This document shows, in pieces, positions 23,430 through 36,000 of a stretch of 64,000 bases of DNA. The first letter of the stretch is position 1. Each line of letters begins with the position of its first letter. Where the stretch lies: the NCBI RefSeq assembly GCF_000143415.4, contig NW_003314267.1, positions 3,555,138 through 3,619,137 of the forward strand, read 5' to 3'. The translations under genes and the position numbers were made by a program. Source of the stretch: Selaginella moellendorffii. Its lineage: Eukaryota; Plantae; Lycopodiophyta. The notes beneath the pieces are model-generated. The model saw nothing but the letters and a program-made list of their open reading frames with translations. It ran no database searches and was not told the origin of the DNA.

Positions 23430-26400
23430 TGTTCCTTAGTCCGACTTTTATTGGTGCTCAAGTATATCACCACTAGTGTTGGCATCGGAAGATCCAAGGA
23501 GTGGGTCTATCCTTGAGGAGTAGCAAGTCGGGAAGACATGGCTCTCCATTACAGTTCATGTGTGAACTTGTAGACGAGGTGGTGGATAGAAAAGGGTCAA
23601 TAATGGAACGACTTTGGGATCTTGGGAACAGTGCAAGGTTTTCCTCATTGAGTTGAGGATGTGATCCGGATGAGCATTTGTCTCAGCAAATTGGCTAAGG
23701 TTGTTGTGGTAAACAACTAAAGTTGGGATCACGGGAAAGATAGAGACTCCAAAACAATAAAGGAGTCACAAGATTATCCTCATATAGTTGAGGTTGGTGC
23801 TCATGAATGTGAGACCAAAGGTAATGACCGTGGAAGGTCAAATACGGAAGAGGACTCAAGTCCTTGAAATGGTAGCCGGGGCTACCTCTAATAAATGCTG
23901 GAACAACCTAAGGAGTTGGGGGTGTATTAAGTGGATGAGTTGGTGTTCTCATCACATGGACAAGTAGTCCTAAGGGGCAAAGGTTGCCCCCAGAGAACAA
24001 AATCAAGTGTCGGAGTAGCACTTGTGAAAATAGTCCTTTTGAGTAGGACAGGAATGCAAGAAGTATATTCCAGTGAGCTAGTGCCTCACAAGTAGGACCT
24101 TACGGGTCTGTGGATTAACCAAGTCCAAAACTGCTGGATGACTCAAGTAGAGTCAACGGATGGTCCTAAAAGGACTGATAGAAGCATTTGGACTGAGGTG
24201 TGTTGTACCCCACAAAGGATGGGGGGGGATCATAGGATCCAAGGATGAGAACAGAGGGTATCTCATCAATGGCAGAATGTGCCATGCTAAAGTTATGGGA
24301 AAGGTGTCCCCAGAAGAAAACAACTTTGACATAAAGTTGTGTGTGACCTCTATGGTGCAGTGCTAACGGATGGTTGGCATAAGAAAGAGCAGTGTTGGTC
24401 TTGGCAAAGACTTAGACACGAAGGGGAAATGTCATAGAGGTAGGCTCGTGGAGCCGATGGTGTGGAGACACCAAATGTGCCAAGGTGTGATACCTTGAGG
24501 CTATGTTGGTGGGTTCATGAGAACCCCTTGCCAAAGGAATCCCAATGGAAATGGGAATGGCATAGCCTAAGCTGCAGAGCATGCAGTTGGAGTGTGGTGA
24601 CCCAGATAATGATGGAGGTGTGAAAGCACCAAGCAATGAGTTGTAGGACTTGACAACTATGAGGCAACTAAGCAAGAGGTGCAAAATAACTGGTTAAACG
24701 GGTAGAAGGTAGCTACCCAAGACTTCTTAATAGCATAAGGAAGTTGGATATACCCTTACGGGGGATAAGTTGCTTGTGTTGCGATATAGTAAGTCAATGT
24801 CATAAAAGGAAATACTCATTGTCAAGAAAGCCATCATTGGGACACCCGGACACTCTAGAACACCAGAAGGTGGTGTTTGATGTCGCGAGGGCAATGGATA
24901 AAGCCCAAGGGACTAAGTCCCTAGCGAATGATGGATAGAAGGTGCTATCCAAATGTCCAAGGTTGCGGAGACAGGAGAGGACTGTCTACCCGAATTGGAC
25001 AAAGCCAAAAATGAAATTTTGGCAAGGCTAGTGATGGGCATGTAAAGGCCCATAAGCAACAATGTAATCCCAGTGTGTGGGATTATAAGGTGAGCATACC
25101 CGGATTAAGGAACCACTCCCTAGGCTATTGGGTAGGTCCATCCCTAAGAATACTTGCTAAAGCATGACAGAAAGTGCAAAGCTATCCTCCTGGTCTGGAG
25201 GAGAATGACCGAAGGAAAGGTGTGAAGCCAAAAGCAAGTAGTATTGGGATGGAATTGAACCATAGAAATCAAAGGGCATATCCAACAGTGGTTATGAAAG
25301 TTGGGAGTGGAGAATCAAGAGGGTGCTCGAGGATGTTGTTGCTAGCAACCGTGATGCCATGGAGAGTCTAAAATATGGAATTGTCCATGTTAGACTATAT
25401 GGCAACTATAAAGCTTGCGAAAGGGGAGGCCTTAGCAAGCTGAGGGACAGAGTTCCTTCAAGGTTCCCAAAGACGATTCTAGGTAGCGTAGTACCTAGAA
25501 AGGCCAAGTGTAAATGGTTCATGGAACGCGCGAAATCAGAGTGGCACAGCAGAAGCGTGGTCTTGAAGCTTGCCATGAGGCAAGGTTATCAAGGTTAGGG
25601 AAGTAGTTCCCGAGTGTTCAAAGAGAGGGCTTTGAACGAAAGTCGATGGTTAAGGACTTTCACGCTTATGCAGAAACCATGTTACAATGGTCGGAGGACT
25701 TGCCAAGTGAGATTGGCACGTCGGGGGAACAAAGACCCTAGTTGAAGGTGATAACTTCAAAAAGGGTGGGCCATGGGGCCGAGCATGGAGGAGTCCATGC
25801 ATGATCACAGACATGTCAAGTGAGAGGACTTGGCAGTGTGGAGGAACTAGGTTCCTAAGCTGTGATCTGTAGCGCGCTTTAAAAATAGGTTGGTGCACCG
25901 GCGTGGGGAGTCACGCCAGGCATCTAGTGTGATGCCGTCTGTAGATGCATATACGGAGGTTGGGTTCGAGTCCCGACCCTCTAGTGCTTGGGTTCGAGTC
26001 CCATATCACTAGGGTGTGGTGATGGTTTGGAATATGAGGACACTCATATTTCGGTGGTCATGGACTCTCAGTGGTGAGACTGGTTTGGGCACACCGCCAA
26101 GCGAGGGATGCCTTGGAGTCGTGATGCACGGTTAGATTGCTTAGTGTGAAAGCTCAGCATATCTAACTTGAACACTTTGGTGCAAGTGGCACCAAGGTCG
26201 TGGTGAGTGAGATGGGGACACCTAATCTCAGTTGCTATGAACCCTTGGCTGTAAGGGCTAGCTTGGGTGCACCGCCAAGTGTGGGGGATGCCCCCGGGGT
26301 TATAGTCAACAACTTGGAGGTCTAGAAAACCAAGTACCTCTTGGCACCTCTGTTAAGGTGCCAAGGTGAGATCACTAGGTGATCTTATGGCCAGAAAAGG

Positions 26401-28469
26401 ACAAGGTCCTTGGTTGGCTAAGGAATGAAGTTCTTGGTTCAAAATGTTGAAATTGAACTGTTTAAGGTGGTGTGGCTTGGTCGTGATAACCAAGTGGGAA
26501 GAGCACCTAAGGGAAATAAACTATGTCCGTGCGATGGCATAGTGAGTCCGAGGAAAGTAGTCTCTATAAAAGACCCATGGGAGGGTCACGAAGTTGGGCC
26601 GTGGATAGAGCCCATAGCAGAAGATGCTAAAGAGACGTACTAGGGGTGAACATCCTCCGGACTTGGCAAAGAAGAGTCTTTGCTATGGAACTGAAACAAT
26701 ACCTCAAGGAGGGAGGTAGAGATTCAATGTTGCTTGGTGCAACAATCAACGGATAGGAGCAAAAGATGAATGGCCAAGATAGGGCCGTGGAATCCCTTGG
26801 AAGGAATCTAAGTGACAAAGTTAGGCGAGGAACACTAATGTGTTGGACGCTAACAAGTTGCGGGAAAGGAAGTGTGTTTCCAAGGAGGGATTCCGAAATG
26901 CTCCAATTTGGCGAAAGTGGAAGCTCCAAGGGAGGGAGCGGTAAGGTAGCCAAATGATAGGGCCATGAACAGCCCTAGCACAAAGTATGATAACTGGAAC
27001 TTTGGCACGAAATAGAAGAGAGAATGATGGTGCCCTCGAGTAGAGAACTTCCTAGGATGGGAAGTGGAGTTGCACAAAAGGTGCAAGGCAAGGTGTCGGA
27101 GACACCTAGGAAATTGACTCCAAGAAGTCAAAATTCAAAGTTCCAAAGTGCAAAGGTTATATCGATAGAAATTGAGACTACTCGAGAAGGAGTAGTGGGA
27201 TTGACTTAGAGAAGGGTCTCTAAGAGGTTTAGCGAGAACTAAACCAATAAAACGAGAGAACCACTATATGTGGTCCAATCAGTCTCTAAGTTGGAAAGAC
27301 TACCCTCCTTAGAGGATATGCAAAAGGCATGGTGAGCCTTCAATGTCCAACCATTGACGAATATGGAGAAGGCATGGTGAGCCTTCAATGTCACACCATT
27401 GACAAATATTGGCTAGGTGCCAAGGATGGAAATGGTAACACATACGAGTGTTACTTTACAAAATGGTTTACCGTTTGATGAGGACATCGAACTTTGTCTA
27501 TGGGTGGTGGAGTTGTGAGACACAAAATCCCTAGGCCCCAAAGTGGAGCCGGAAGGGCGCCACATGGTAGTGGCCGAAGCGAGAGCCAAACGAGCGTAAC
27601 ACATTTGGACCGAAAGCTCCGACTTGAAAAGTCAAGAGCGGGAGTGGAACTCCCAAAGAAGTGCTCGAGGAACGAGCACGAAGCGAGCAAAAGGCGAGGC
27701 TCCAAAAAGGGACCCAAAAGGACCAACACATGACACGTGGGAGTGTCCAAGATGGACCCGAAATGGAGTCCGAGATGGAGTCCGAAGTGGAGTCCGAGGT
27801 GGACCCGAGATGGACCCGAGTTGAAGTCCGAAGTGGAGTCCGAGATGGACCCGAGATGGAGTCCGAGATGGAGTCCGAGATGGAGTCCGAGGTGGACCCA
27901 AGATGGACCCGAGTTGGAGTCCGAAGTGGAGTCCGAGATGGACCCGAGATGGAGTCCGAGATGGAGTCCGAGATGGAGTCTGAGGTGGACCCAAGATGGA
28001 CCCGAGTTGGAGTCCAAAGTGGAGTCCGAGATGGACCCGAGATGGAGTCCGAGATGGAGTCCGAGATGGAGTCCGAGATGGACCCGAGATGGACCCGAGC
28101 TGGAGTCCGAAGTGGAGTCCGAGATGGACCCGAGATGGAGTCCGAGATGGAGTCCGAGATGGAGTCCGAGGTGGACCCGAGATGGACCCGAAATGGAGTC
28201 CGAGATGGAGTCCGAGATGGACCCGAGATGGAGTCCGAGATGGACCCGAGATGGAGTCCGAGATGGAGTCCGAAGTCGAGACCGAGACCGGGACCGAGAC
28301 CGAGACCGAGATCGGGACCGAGACCGAGACCGAGGCCGAGGCCGAGACTGAGCCCGAGCCCGAGTCCGAGTCCGAATCCGAGTCCGAGTCTGAGTCCAAG
28401 TCCGAGTCCGGAGCCTGAGAGGGTGAAAGCCCAAAGCGTTCGTCCGTTGGAGATAGTGTTGGAGAAATC

Positions 28470-31400
28470 TAATTAGCTTGAAAAGTTTTCTGCAACTTAG
28501 CAATAGAAAGGCTTGCTTAGTGTATATGAATATCCACTTTAGGATCTTGGTGCAAGATGTTGATGAAGATGTAGTACATATGCTTGCAAAGAGCATATGC
28601 CTTCCCATGTTCCTTGCGCTTCGTAAAGTTTGGATATGTGCAAGTAGGAAATTCGTGAATGGCAATTGTGTACTCTCCACCTTCTATTTTAACTATATAC
28701 TCTTTTGCAAGCATAGTGATGTACTTCGTGGAGAGAATCTCACACTCAAGTGTTTGAGCTAAGTTTATTTTACCTTGCTTCTGCTTGGAGACGGTACCAA
28801 TAAATTTAACTGCCTTACCTTTTCGTGCTGGCCTCCTGTGCATCTCTGTAGGAATAGTCCTACTCCTCTCACTCATGTCTCCAACTCTCCTCTCAAGATT
28901 AAAACCAGATTTCTCAAGGTTTTCAATTTCATCCGAGGTGAGTGCAACCCCATTAGCAACAGGACATTCTTTAGGTACTGCACCAAGTTTAGTCACTATA
29001 GTGTCTTCAAGCCGCTTCCTATGGTTGGCATCGGTGTTGCAACAATATAGCTAGCACCATCTTGAAAATCCTGCTTGCTTTCGTTCCTCATAGAAACATG
29101 GGGCTGGAACAGAAGTAGATTTTTCACCACGAATCCAGGCCCAACACTTGCCCCTCGAAAGCATCTTCACACACCTTATATTTGATTTTTCTGGCACGCG
29201 TCGGATTGCCCATTGCTTCAGCTCCATGCTACAGTAAGCAATTTCAACTTGTTGCGATGCACTCTCTTCATCAACCACTTGAGGTGGCTCGGTCCGAGAG
29301 CGGTGTTTTAGAGCAGAATGGTACTTGACATCAAGCCTGTGAGAGCTTTTTGCTCCAAGGTCCGTACCAACATCTTCCCCAGCAAAGGAAAAACAACGCT
29401 TTGAGCGGATAGTCTTCATATCACCAATAGAAGCTCAGGGAGTGTATTCTATAAATGTGCCACGGACCACTTCCTCAACTGTAGTTGCCAAAGTTTAGGC
29501 GGGTGGAGTTAATTTTCTCTTCATCCTATCATGTAACATCTCAACAGAAGGCTCTGTTCCCATGTATCTTCCTTCCTCGAATGCCAGTGCTTTTGAAGAT
29601 TGCTCTATAGCACATATCAAATCTAATAGACAGGTTTCGTATAGACTCATCTTCCCTTTCCCTGCCTCTGAGGAATGCCAACTCCAATGCTTACTTTAAG
29701 AGAGATTCACAGTTGGGGTGTATGCCCTCAAGTGGTTGATCCTAATGGAAAAGGCAATATTAAGAGGTAATAAAAGGAGAAGAAAAAATATAAACCAACC
29801 TGAAAAAAGTGATATCCCCACTGGAACATCCTAACTTCCCACCATCCTAACCATGACTCAAGTTGTGGTAGGCAACTTACATCTGTATGGCCATCTTCAT
29901 GCCACCACATTCGGATCTCATTTGCTTTTTCCTCATTCTCTTCTTCAGAAGGTGCAACCTACCATTGTTTGCACAACTCCTTAAATATTGATTGAAACTC
30001 TGGCTTGATAAGATGGCAGTAATGGTTTAGGCTTTGAGCCCAATGGAACTCACAAGTCCTCTCATGACCTTCCAATGGTTGACTATTCCCAAAAACTACT
30101 CGGATACCATTCTAGTTTGCATCAGCCCCATCTACCATGAAACCACAAAAGTTTGCAATCTTACCAGTCCGCTTTAGGACAATATCAAAGAGGGACTTCC
30201 AAAATATTTCCTGTGCTATCTGGTCTTGTACTTTAAACTCTGCTGTCGCAATTGTTAAGTTACAACGTAGCCTATAAAAATATAAATATTATAACAATTT
30301 CAATATAATGAGAATAAAAATTACCTTGGATCATACACATGAGCTCCCATGGTTGTCCAGTAGGATACACGCTCCATATGGTCAAAATGTACCTATGCAT
30401 TTGCAAGGTCACTAGACCCAAACATATCCATTCGGGAGACAAGATCTACGCCAGAGGCAGGGCCCATGGTAGACATTTTGAAGATGAAGGGGCGCTATTG
30501 CTCATTCACAACTTGGTCTGGAAACAAACTTTCGTGGATGAACTTGTATGGACAGGTCTGTTTCAATTCAAGGATGGAGTCAATTTTTTATTGCAACTTC
30601 CCCTCTCGAGATTCACACATCCAAGATTTTATCCTAAACAATATAATGTAAGAAAAAAAAATTATTATAATGTATGAAAAATAATGGATGTACCTCCTTA
30701 GGCTAGTAGCAGGTTGTACTCCTCGTAGTAAGTCCCACAAGCTAGCCTCGTTTAGTTGAGTTTTTTGGCAACCTGGATTGAGTAAGGTATTTGAGATAAA
30801 ATCCTTGAGGACCGTCTTCTGAACATGCTTCGGAGTTGTAGATGAGTTTCTCATAGTCTCTTCCTGCACAGCATCTTTGAAACGGTTGAGAGAACTCCTT
30901 TGTATCCCTTCCTGCATTGGATGCATATGTGTGCCAACATGCACTGCAGCTCTTCCAGCCACTCCATCCCGTGGAAGAAAGTAGTACATCTTGGCCTCAC
31001 AGATAGCATGACATAGAGGAGCATTTTTGCAGAATCGACATTTGAATCCAACAGCAATGGTGTCACAGGCTAGAGGATTGATTGCAGACCTTTTGAAAAA
31101 TATAGAGTTTCTAGAGCGGTCTCGATTGCATGCTTCATCCACATAATCTAAATGCCCGCCATAATGAACTATACACACTGTGCCTTCAAAATATTGGAAG
31201 TGTGTGGTTTTGATCTTGCACCAATTGTGGACATCCTGCTTGGTTTCCATCCCCTTCTGTTTGGAACCTGTGCTACTGACAAGAGGTGGTAGCTCAAAGA
31301 AAATGTTGCCGTTATGAGAGGATGGAAGCTCACTCACAAGCCTATACAAAAACAAGTGCACGTCGATTGAGAGATGTGAAAACTGGAAAGCATTGCTAAT

Positions 31401-31829
31401 GGCTTTGAATATTGTGGAAGTTGGAGCTGAAGCTGAAGCTGGAGCTGGAGCTGGTGAATTTGGCACCGACACTAGCATGACTTCTCCACTTGAACTAGAA
31501 GAGGACGAGAGGATAACGGCTGACTCTTGCTTCACATTCGCTTTTGCTAGAGTGCATTTTGGCATTTTGATTGGAGATCCAAACACTCGAATCTCCTTCG
31601 ACTTGGAATTTTGTAAATCCCATTGTTGTCCACCCTTGCCCACACCAGAAAGAAGAAACTCCGAGTATGAAACTATACCGGTGTCGTTGCGGATCACAGC
31701 CTCTAAAGAAATAGAGCCAAGACGAAGATCAAAACGCCGACATAAAAAACTTTCAGAAACAATACTCTGAGAGAATGAAAGAGGTGGGTGATTTCGAAAA
31801 TGATTAAGAAACCTCTCCATCCTTCTCAA
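28470..31829 (-). pseudogene. GCM-like Zn domain / MULE DDE / SWIM transposase, multi-exon, with stops
   Basis: GCM-like: CRFCKNAPLCHAICEAKMYYF..AAVHVGTHMHP. D1 VHFDHMERVSYWTT, D2 GFMVDGADAN, CxxH as TCEFHW, E-motif PTVNLS*SKHWSW (the catalytic E position is a TAA stop). SWIM: FPTCTYPNF...CKHMYYIF. Confidence 0.75.
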
Positions 31830-32719
31830 TAGGTTTTGGAGTTCTCTCTCTTTATGCTACTTATAAAAATCTATAGTGAAACATAATTGAAATTTAAATA
31901 GAGTAATACGAAGACAACATACGAAATGAATTTAAATTCTATAGCAAATTTAACATGTGTAAGTGTGACAGTATTAATATTATTGTCATCTATTATGATG
32001 TTTGATGCATGTATACACATAGATCCAAGGAAAGATTTTCAGCACATGAGGTTTGATAGTTAATAATGATACCAGTAATGACATTCTGCTATAATGTATC
32101 AAACCAAGAGATCCAATCTAACTATCGGCACGTGTGATATGTCAAGTTGTCAAATTTTAAGTGGTAGATGATAATAAATCTTGTCAAATCTTATTCTTCA
32201 ATGACAGATTTGATTCGTAGTACAACTCAAGTTTTATCCATAATTGTGAACACTGCTCAATGACATTTAAAGCATGTGCCTATTGTTTAGGATCTAATAC
32301 AACACGAAATAAATTTCTAGATGAGGATTCATCCATTCATAGATGGACATAGTACAACATATTTTAACGTGCGTTATATATACTCTTTAAAGTTTTTGTA
32401 ACGATTCCAAAATATGTACAAAATATTGATGAGAATGCATCCTTTCTAGATAATTTGTAAAATATAATATCATATATCTAATAACAGAAATGTTGATAGG
32501 TGCTAGTTACACCATCATTAAAATATACAAAATAAAGAAGTATAATTTACATATAATAATAATGATAAGATAAAATAAGATCAAAGATATTATGATGGTT
32601 GAGATTTAGGTTATTCGGAATGAACGGCCAAGATTAGAGATTGGTTAGGGTTAGGGCAGCCGTCAGGATTAGGGTTAGGGTAGCCGCCAAGATTAGGTTA
32701 CTGTTCGCACCGTGAGTGG

Positions 32720-33005
32720 AGCGCGCGAGAGATCGAGAGATTGAGCGCGAAGGAGATTGAGGGATTGAGCGCGAAGGAGATTGAGCGATTGAGCGCGAAG
32801 GAGATTGAGCGATTGAGCATGCAAGAGATCGAGAGATTGAGATCGAGAGATTGAGCGTGTGAGCTGGAGAGATTGAGCGCGCAAGTAGGAGAGATTGAGC
32901 GCGTGAGTGGGAGAGATTGAGCGTGTGAGCTGGAGAGATTCAGCGCGCGAGCAGGAGAGATTGAGTGCGCAAGCGGGAGAGATTGAGTGCGCGAGCGAGA
33001 GAGAG
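32720..33005. repeat. GAGAGATTGAGCGCG-type tandem repeats, preceded by TTAGGG motifs (32645-32680)
   Basis: Directly visible between the divergent transposase and cargo genes. Confidence 0.85.
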
Positions 33006-33050
33006 AGCGCACAAGATATCCAACACGATCAAGAAATTGGGGGAGGAAAG

Positions 33051-36000
33051 ATGCCACCAAGGGTGAGTTTGGATTTGAGATTCCTCTTCCATTTTTTGAT
33101 TCCATTGCTTCCATTCCATTGCTTCCCTTTTTTTTTCTTGATTGCTTCTTTGCTGGCCAAGCTCGGGCCGGCCACCTCGGGCAGTTTTGCTTGTCAAGAG
33201 GCCAAGGTTATTTGGTTATTTTATTATTCAGCGAGCAAAACTGCCCGAGGTTGAGCTCGGGCCAGCCACCTCAGGCACTTCGGTGGCTGCCGAGGCTCGA
33301 GCTCGACCTCGGGCACTTTTGGGGCCGGAGGGGCCAAGGTTATTTGAATAACTTCAGCCCCCTGGGCAACCAAAGTGCCTGAGGTGGAGTCTAGGCCCAC
33401 TTGATTGTTTTTTCCTCTTTGACTGTTTGAATTTCTCATTATCTTTATTTAGTTTGACTAACAAAATTTTTTCTCTTACAGAAAAGGAAAATTGTAACAC
33501 ATAAAAAGGTTGTTGGAGCCAAGAAGACATGAGAAGTTCAATTCAACACTAATGACGACATCACAATCAACATGTCCATTAGCACAACAAAGACATATTT
33601 AGTTAGAGATTCACCACCTCCACTACCATCACCTCCACCATCACCACCTCCACCACTGCCATCGCCACCTCCACCACCTCCATCACCACTTCCACCACCG
33701 CCATCGCCACTGCCACCACCACTACCACTATTGCCTCTGCCTCTGCCGCCACCGCCACCACCACCATTGCCACCACCACTGCCACTATTGCCTCTGCCCC
33801 CACCACCATCGCCACCACCACCAACGCAAATCCCTAAAGTTGGGCAATCTAGTGGTGTTCACGATAGGGAACCTGAGGAACAACCTAGAGCTGAAAGAGT
33901 TGCAAACCTTCCTGAAAACGTGGTGGACAATCGCTTCCAAGAGACTGTTATGCGGACAAGGGAAAAAGTAGTTCACCAAACACTTGAGGTGCTCAAGTGG
34001 CCAGGCCCTTATGACTTGATCAGAGAAATCCCCCTTTGCCATTTGCAGCAAACGAACCTTGTCTGCACAGCATCCAAGTATGTCAACCCGGATATATACA
34101 GCTTGTTCAAACAGAATGGCCTTGCAACAAATATCGGTATGTTTCTAGTCTCTTTTTAGGAACAACAGAGATCATTACTGTCACACCCGAAATTGTGAAT
34201 AGCTGGGATCCTATTTGGAGGAGGAAGTCCCTAGAATTTGATGACATGCTTATCAGACATCCTAAGACTCGACAGCTTGCGGGGACAATGTTCCAAATTA
34301 TTGATGGTAACCACCGATATGAAGCTTGGATGAAGTGTATCGACGATCATTTTTGCGATGATCCCATCTACCATATCAACGTTCCAGTTGGCCATGTCTA
34401 TGCAAGGGGACCTTTGGATGTCAACAAACTTATTTTGGCCTGCCAAAAGATTAATGTATAAGTTTTATAGTTTTATCTCTAACTCCACTTTAACTTCTTT
34501 TGTTGTGTTTAAATGTAGGCTTGGGCAGTTTGCTGTTCAAAAACAAAACCTTGTACATGACATCGAGCAACTTCAATTTTTGGCAGACTTGAGTGAGGAT
34601 GACATCTGCCAACATTATGGTGATGATCTCGCAACACTTGTTCGGCACTCACGCACTTGAAATGACGGTACAACTTAGTTCAACAACCCAATCAATTTTA
34701 TGCTTGCTGTGTGGTGTAAGGTATGTCTTTCCCTTTTATTTTATAAAAGTGTGAGACACAAAATCCCTAGGCCCCAAAGTGGAGCCGGAAGGGCGCCACA
34801 TGGTAGTGGCCAAAGCGAGAGCCAAACGAGCGTAACACGTTTGGACCAAAAGCTCCGACTTGAAAAGTCAAGAGCGGGAGTGGAACTCCCAAAGAAGTGC
34901 TCGAGGAACGAGCACGAAGCGAGCAAAAAGCGAGGCTCCAAAAAGGGACCCAAAAGGACCAACACATGACACGTGGGAGTGTCCGAGATGGACTCGAGTT
35001 GGAGTCCAAAGTGGAGTCCGAGATGGACCCGAGTTGGAGTCCGAAGTGGAGTCCGAGATGGACTCGAGTTGGAGTCCGAAGTGGAGTCCGAGATGGACCC
35101 GAGTTGGAGTCCGAAGTGGAGTCCGAGATGGACTCGAGTTGGAGTCCGAAGTGGAGTCCGAGATGGACCCAAGATGGACCCGAGTTGAAGTCCGAAGTGG
35201 AGTCCGAGATGGAGTCCGAGATGGACCCGAGATGGACCCGAAATGGAGTCCGAGGTGGACCCGAGATGGACCCGAAATGGAGTCCGAGATGGAGTCCGAG
35301 ATGGACCCGAGATGGAGTCCGAGATGGAGTCCGAGGTGGACCCGAGATGGACCCGAAATGGAGTCTGAGATGGAGTCCGAGATGGAGTCCGAGGTGGACC
35401 CGAGATGGACCCGAAATGGAGTCCGAGATGGAGTCCGAGATGGACCCGAGATGGAGTCCGAGATGGAGTCCGAGATGGAGTCCGAGATGGAGTCCGAAGT
35501 CGAGACCGAGACCGGAACCGAGACCGGGACCGAGACCGAGACCGAGACCGAGATCGGGACCGAGACCGAGACCGAGGCCGAGGCCAAGACCGAGCCCGAG
35601 CCCGAGTCCGAATCCGAGTCCGAGTCCGAGTCCGAGTCCGAGTCCGAGTCCGAGTCCGGAGCCTGAGAGGGTGAAAGCCCAAAGCGTTCGTCTCCCAGAC
35701 CCTGGGGGGTTTGGTAAGCTCCAAAAGTATAGTAGGGGGAGGACTGTAGTGGAGCCAGTTTGGCCAGGAAAGGCCAGTTTGGCCCAGGAAGGCCGGACCC
35801 AGTGTTGGGTGATGAGCTGCCCACTGGGAAGTCCAAGACTAGAGTGAACACGGACCGACAAGCGGGGTAGCTTGGTGAAGTGTTCAAGAGCCGGCTCTAG
35901 TTCCCCCGGGAGATCGACTGGCCGATGCTCCCAGTCCAAGTGTGGGTGGCACTACCTACTTGGATACCTGGTGTGGCTCAACGGAACCCGCTCTAAGCCC

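Larger units (their letters stand above)
21612..28444 (+). mobile_element. LARD-like copy C: 5' LTR 21612-23414, ~4.1-kb non-coding internal region, 3' LTR from 27514 truncated at ~28444
   Basis: LTR end CTTACA followed by PBS TGGTATCGGAGC (23418-23429). PPT GGGTGGTGGAGT before 27514. No gag/pol ORF. Confidence 0.9.
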
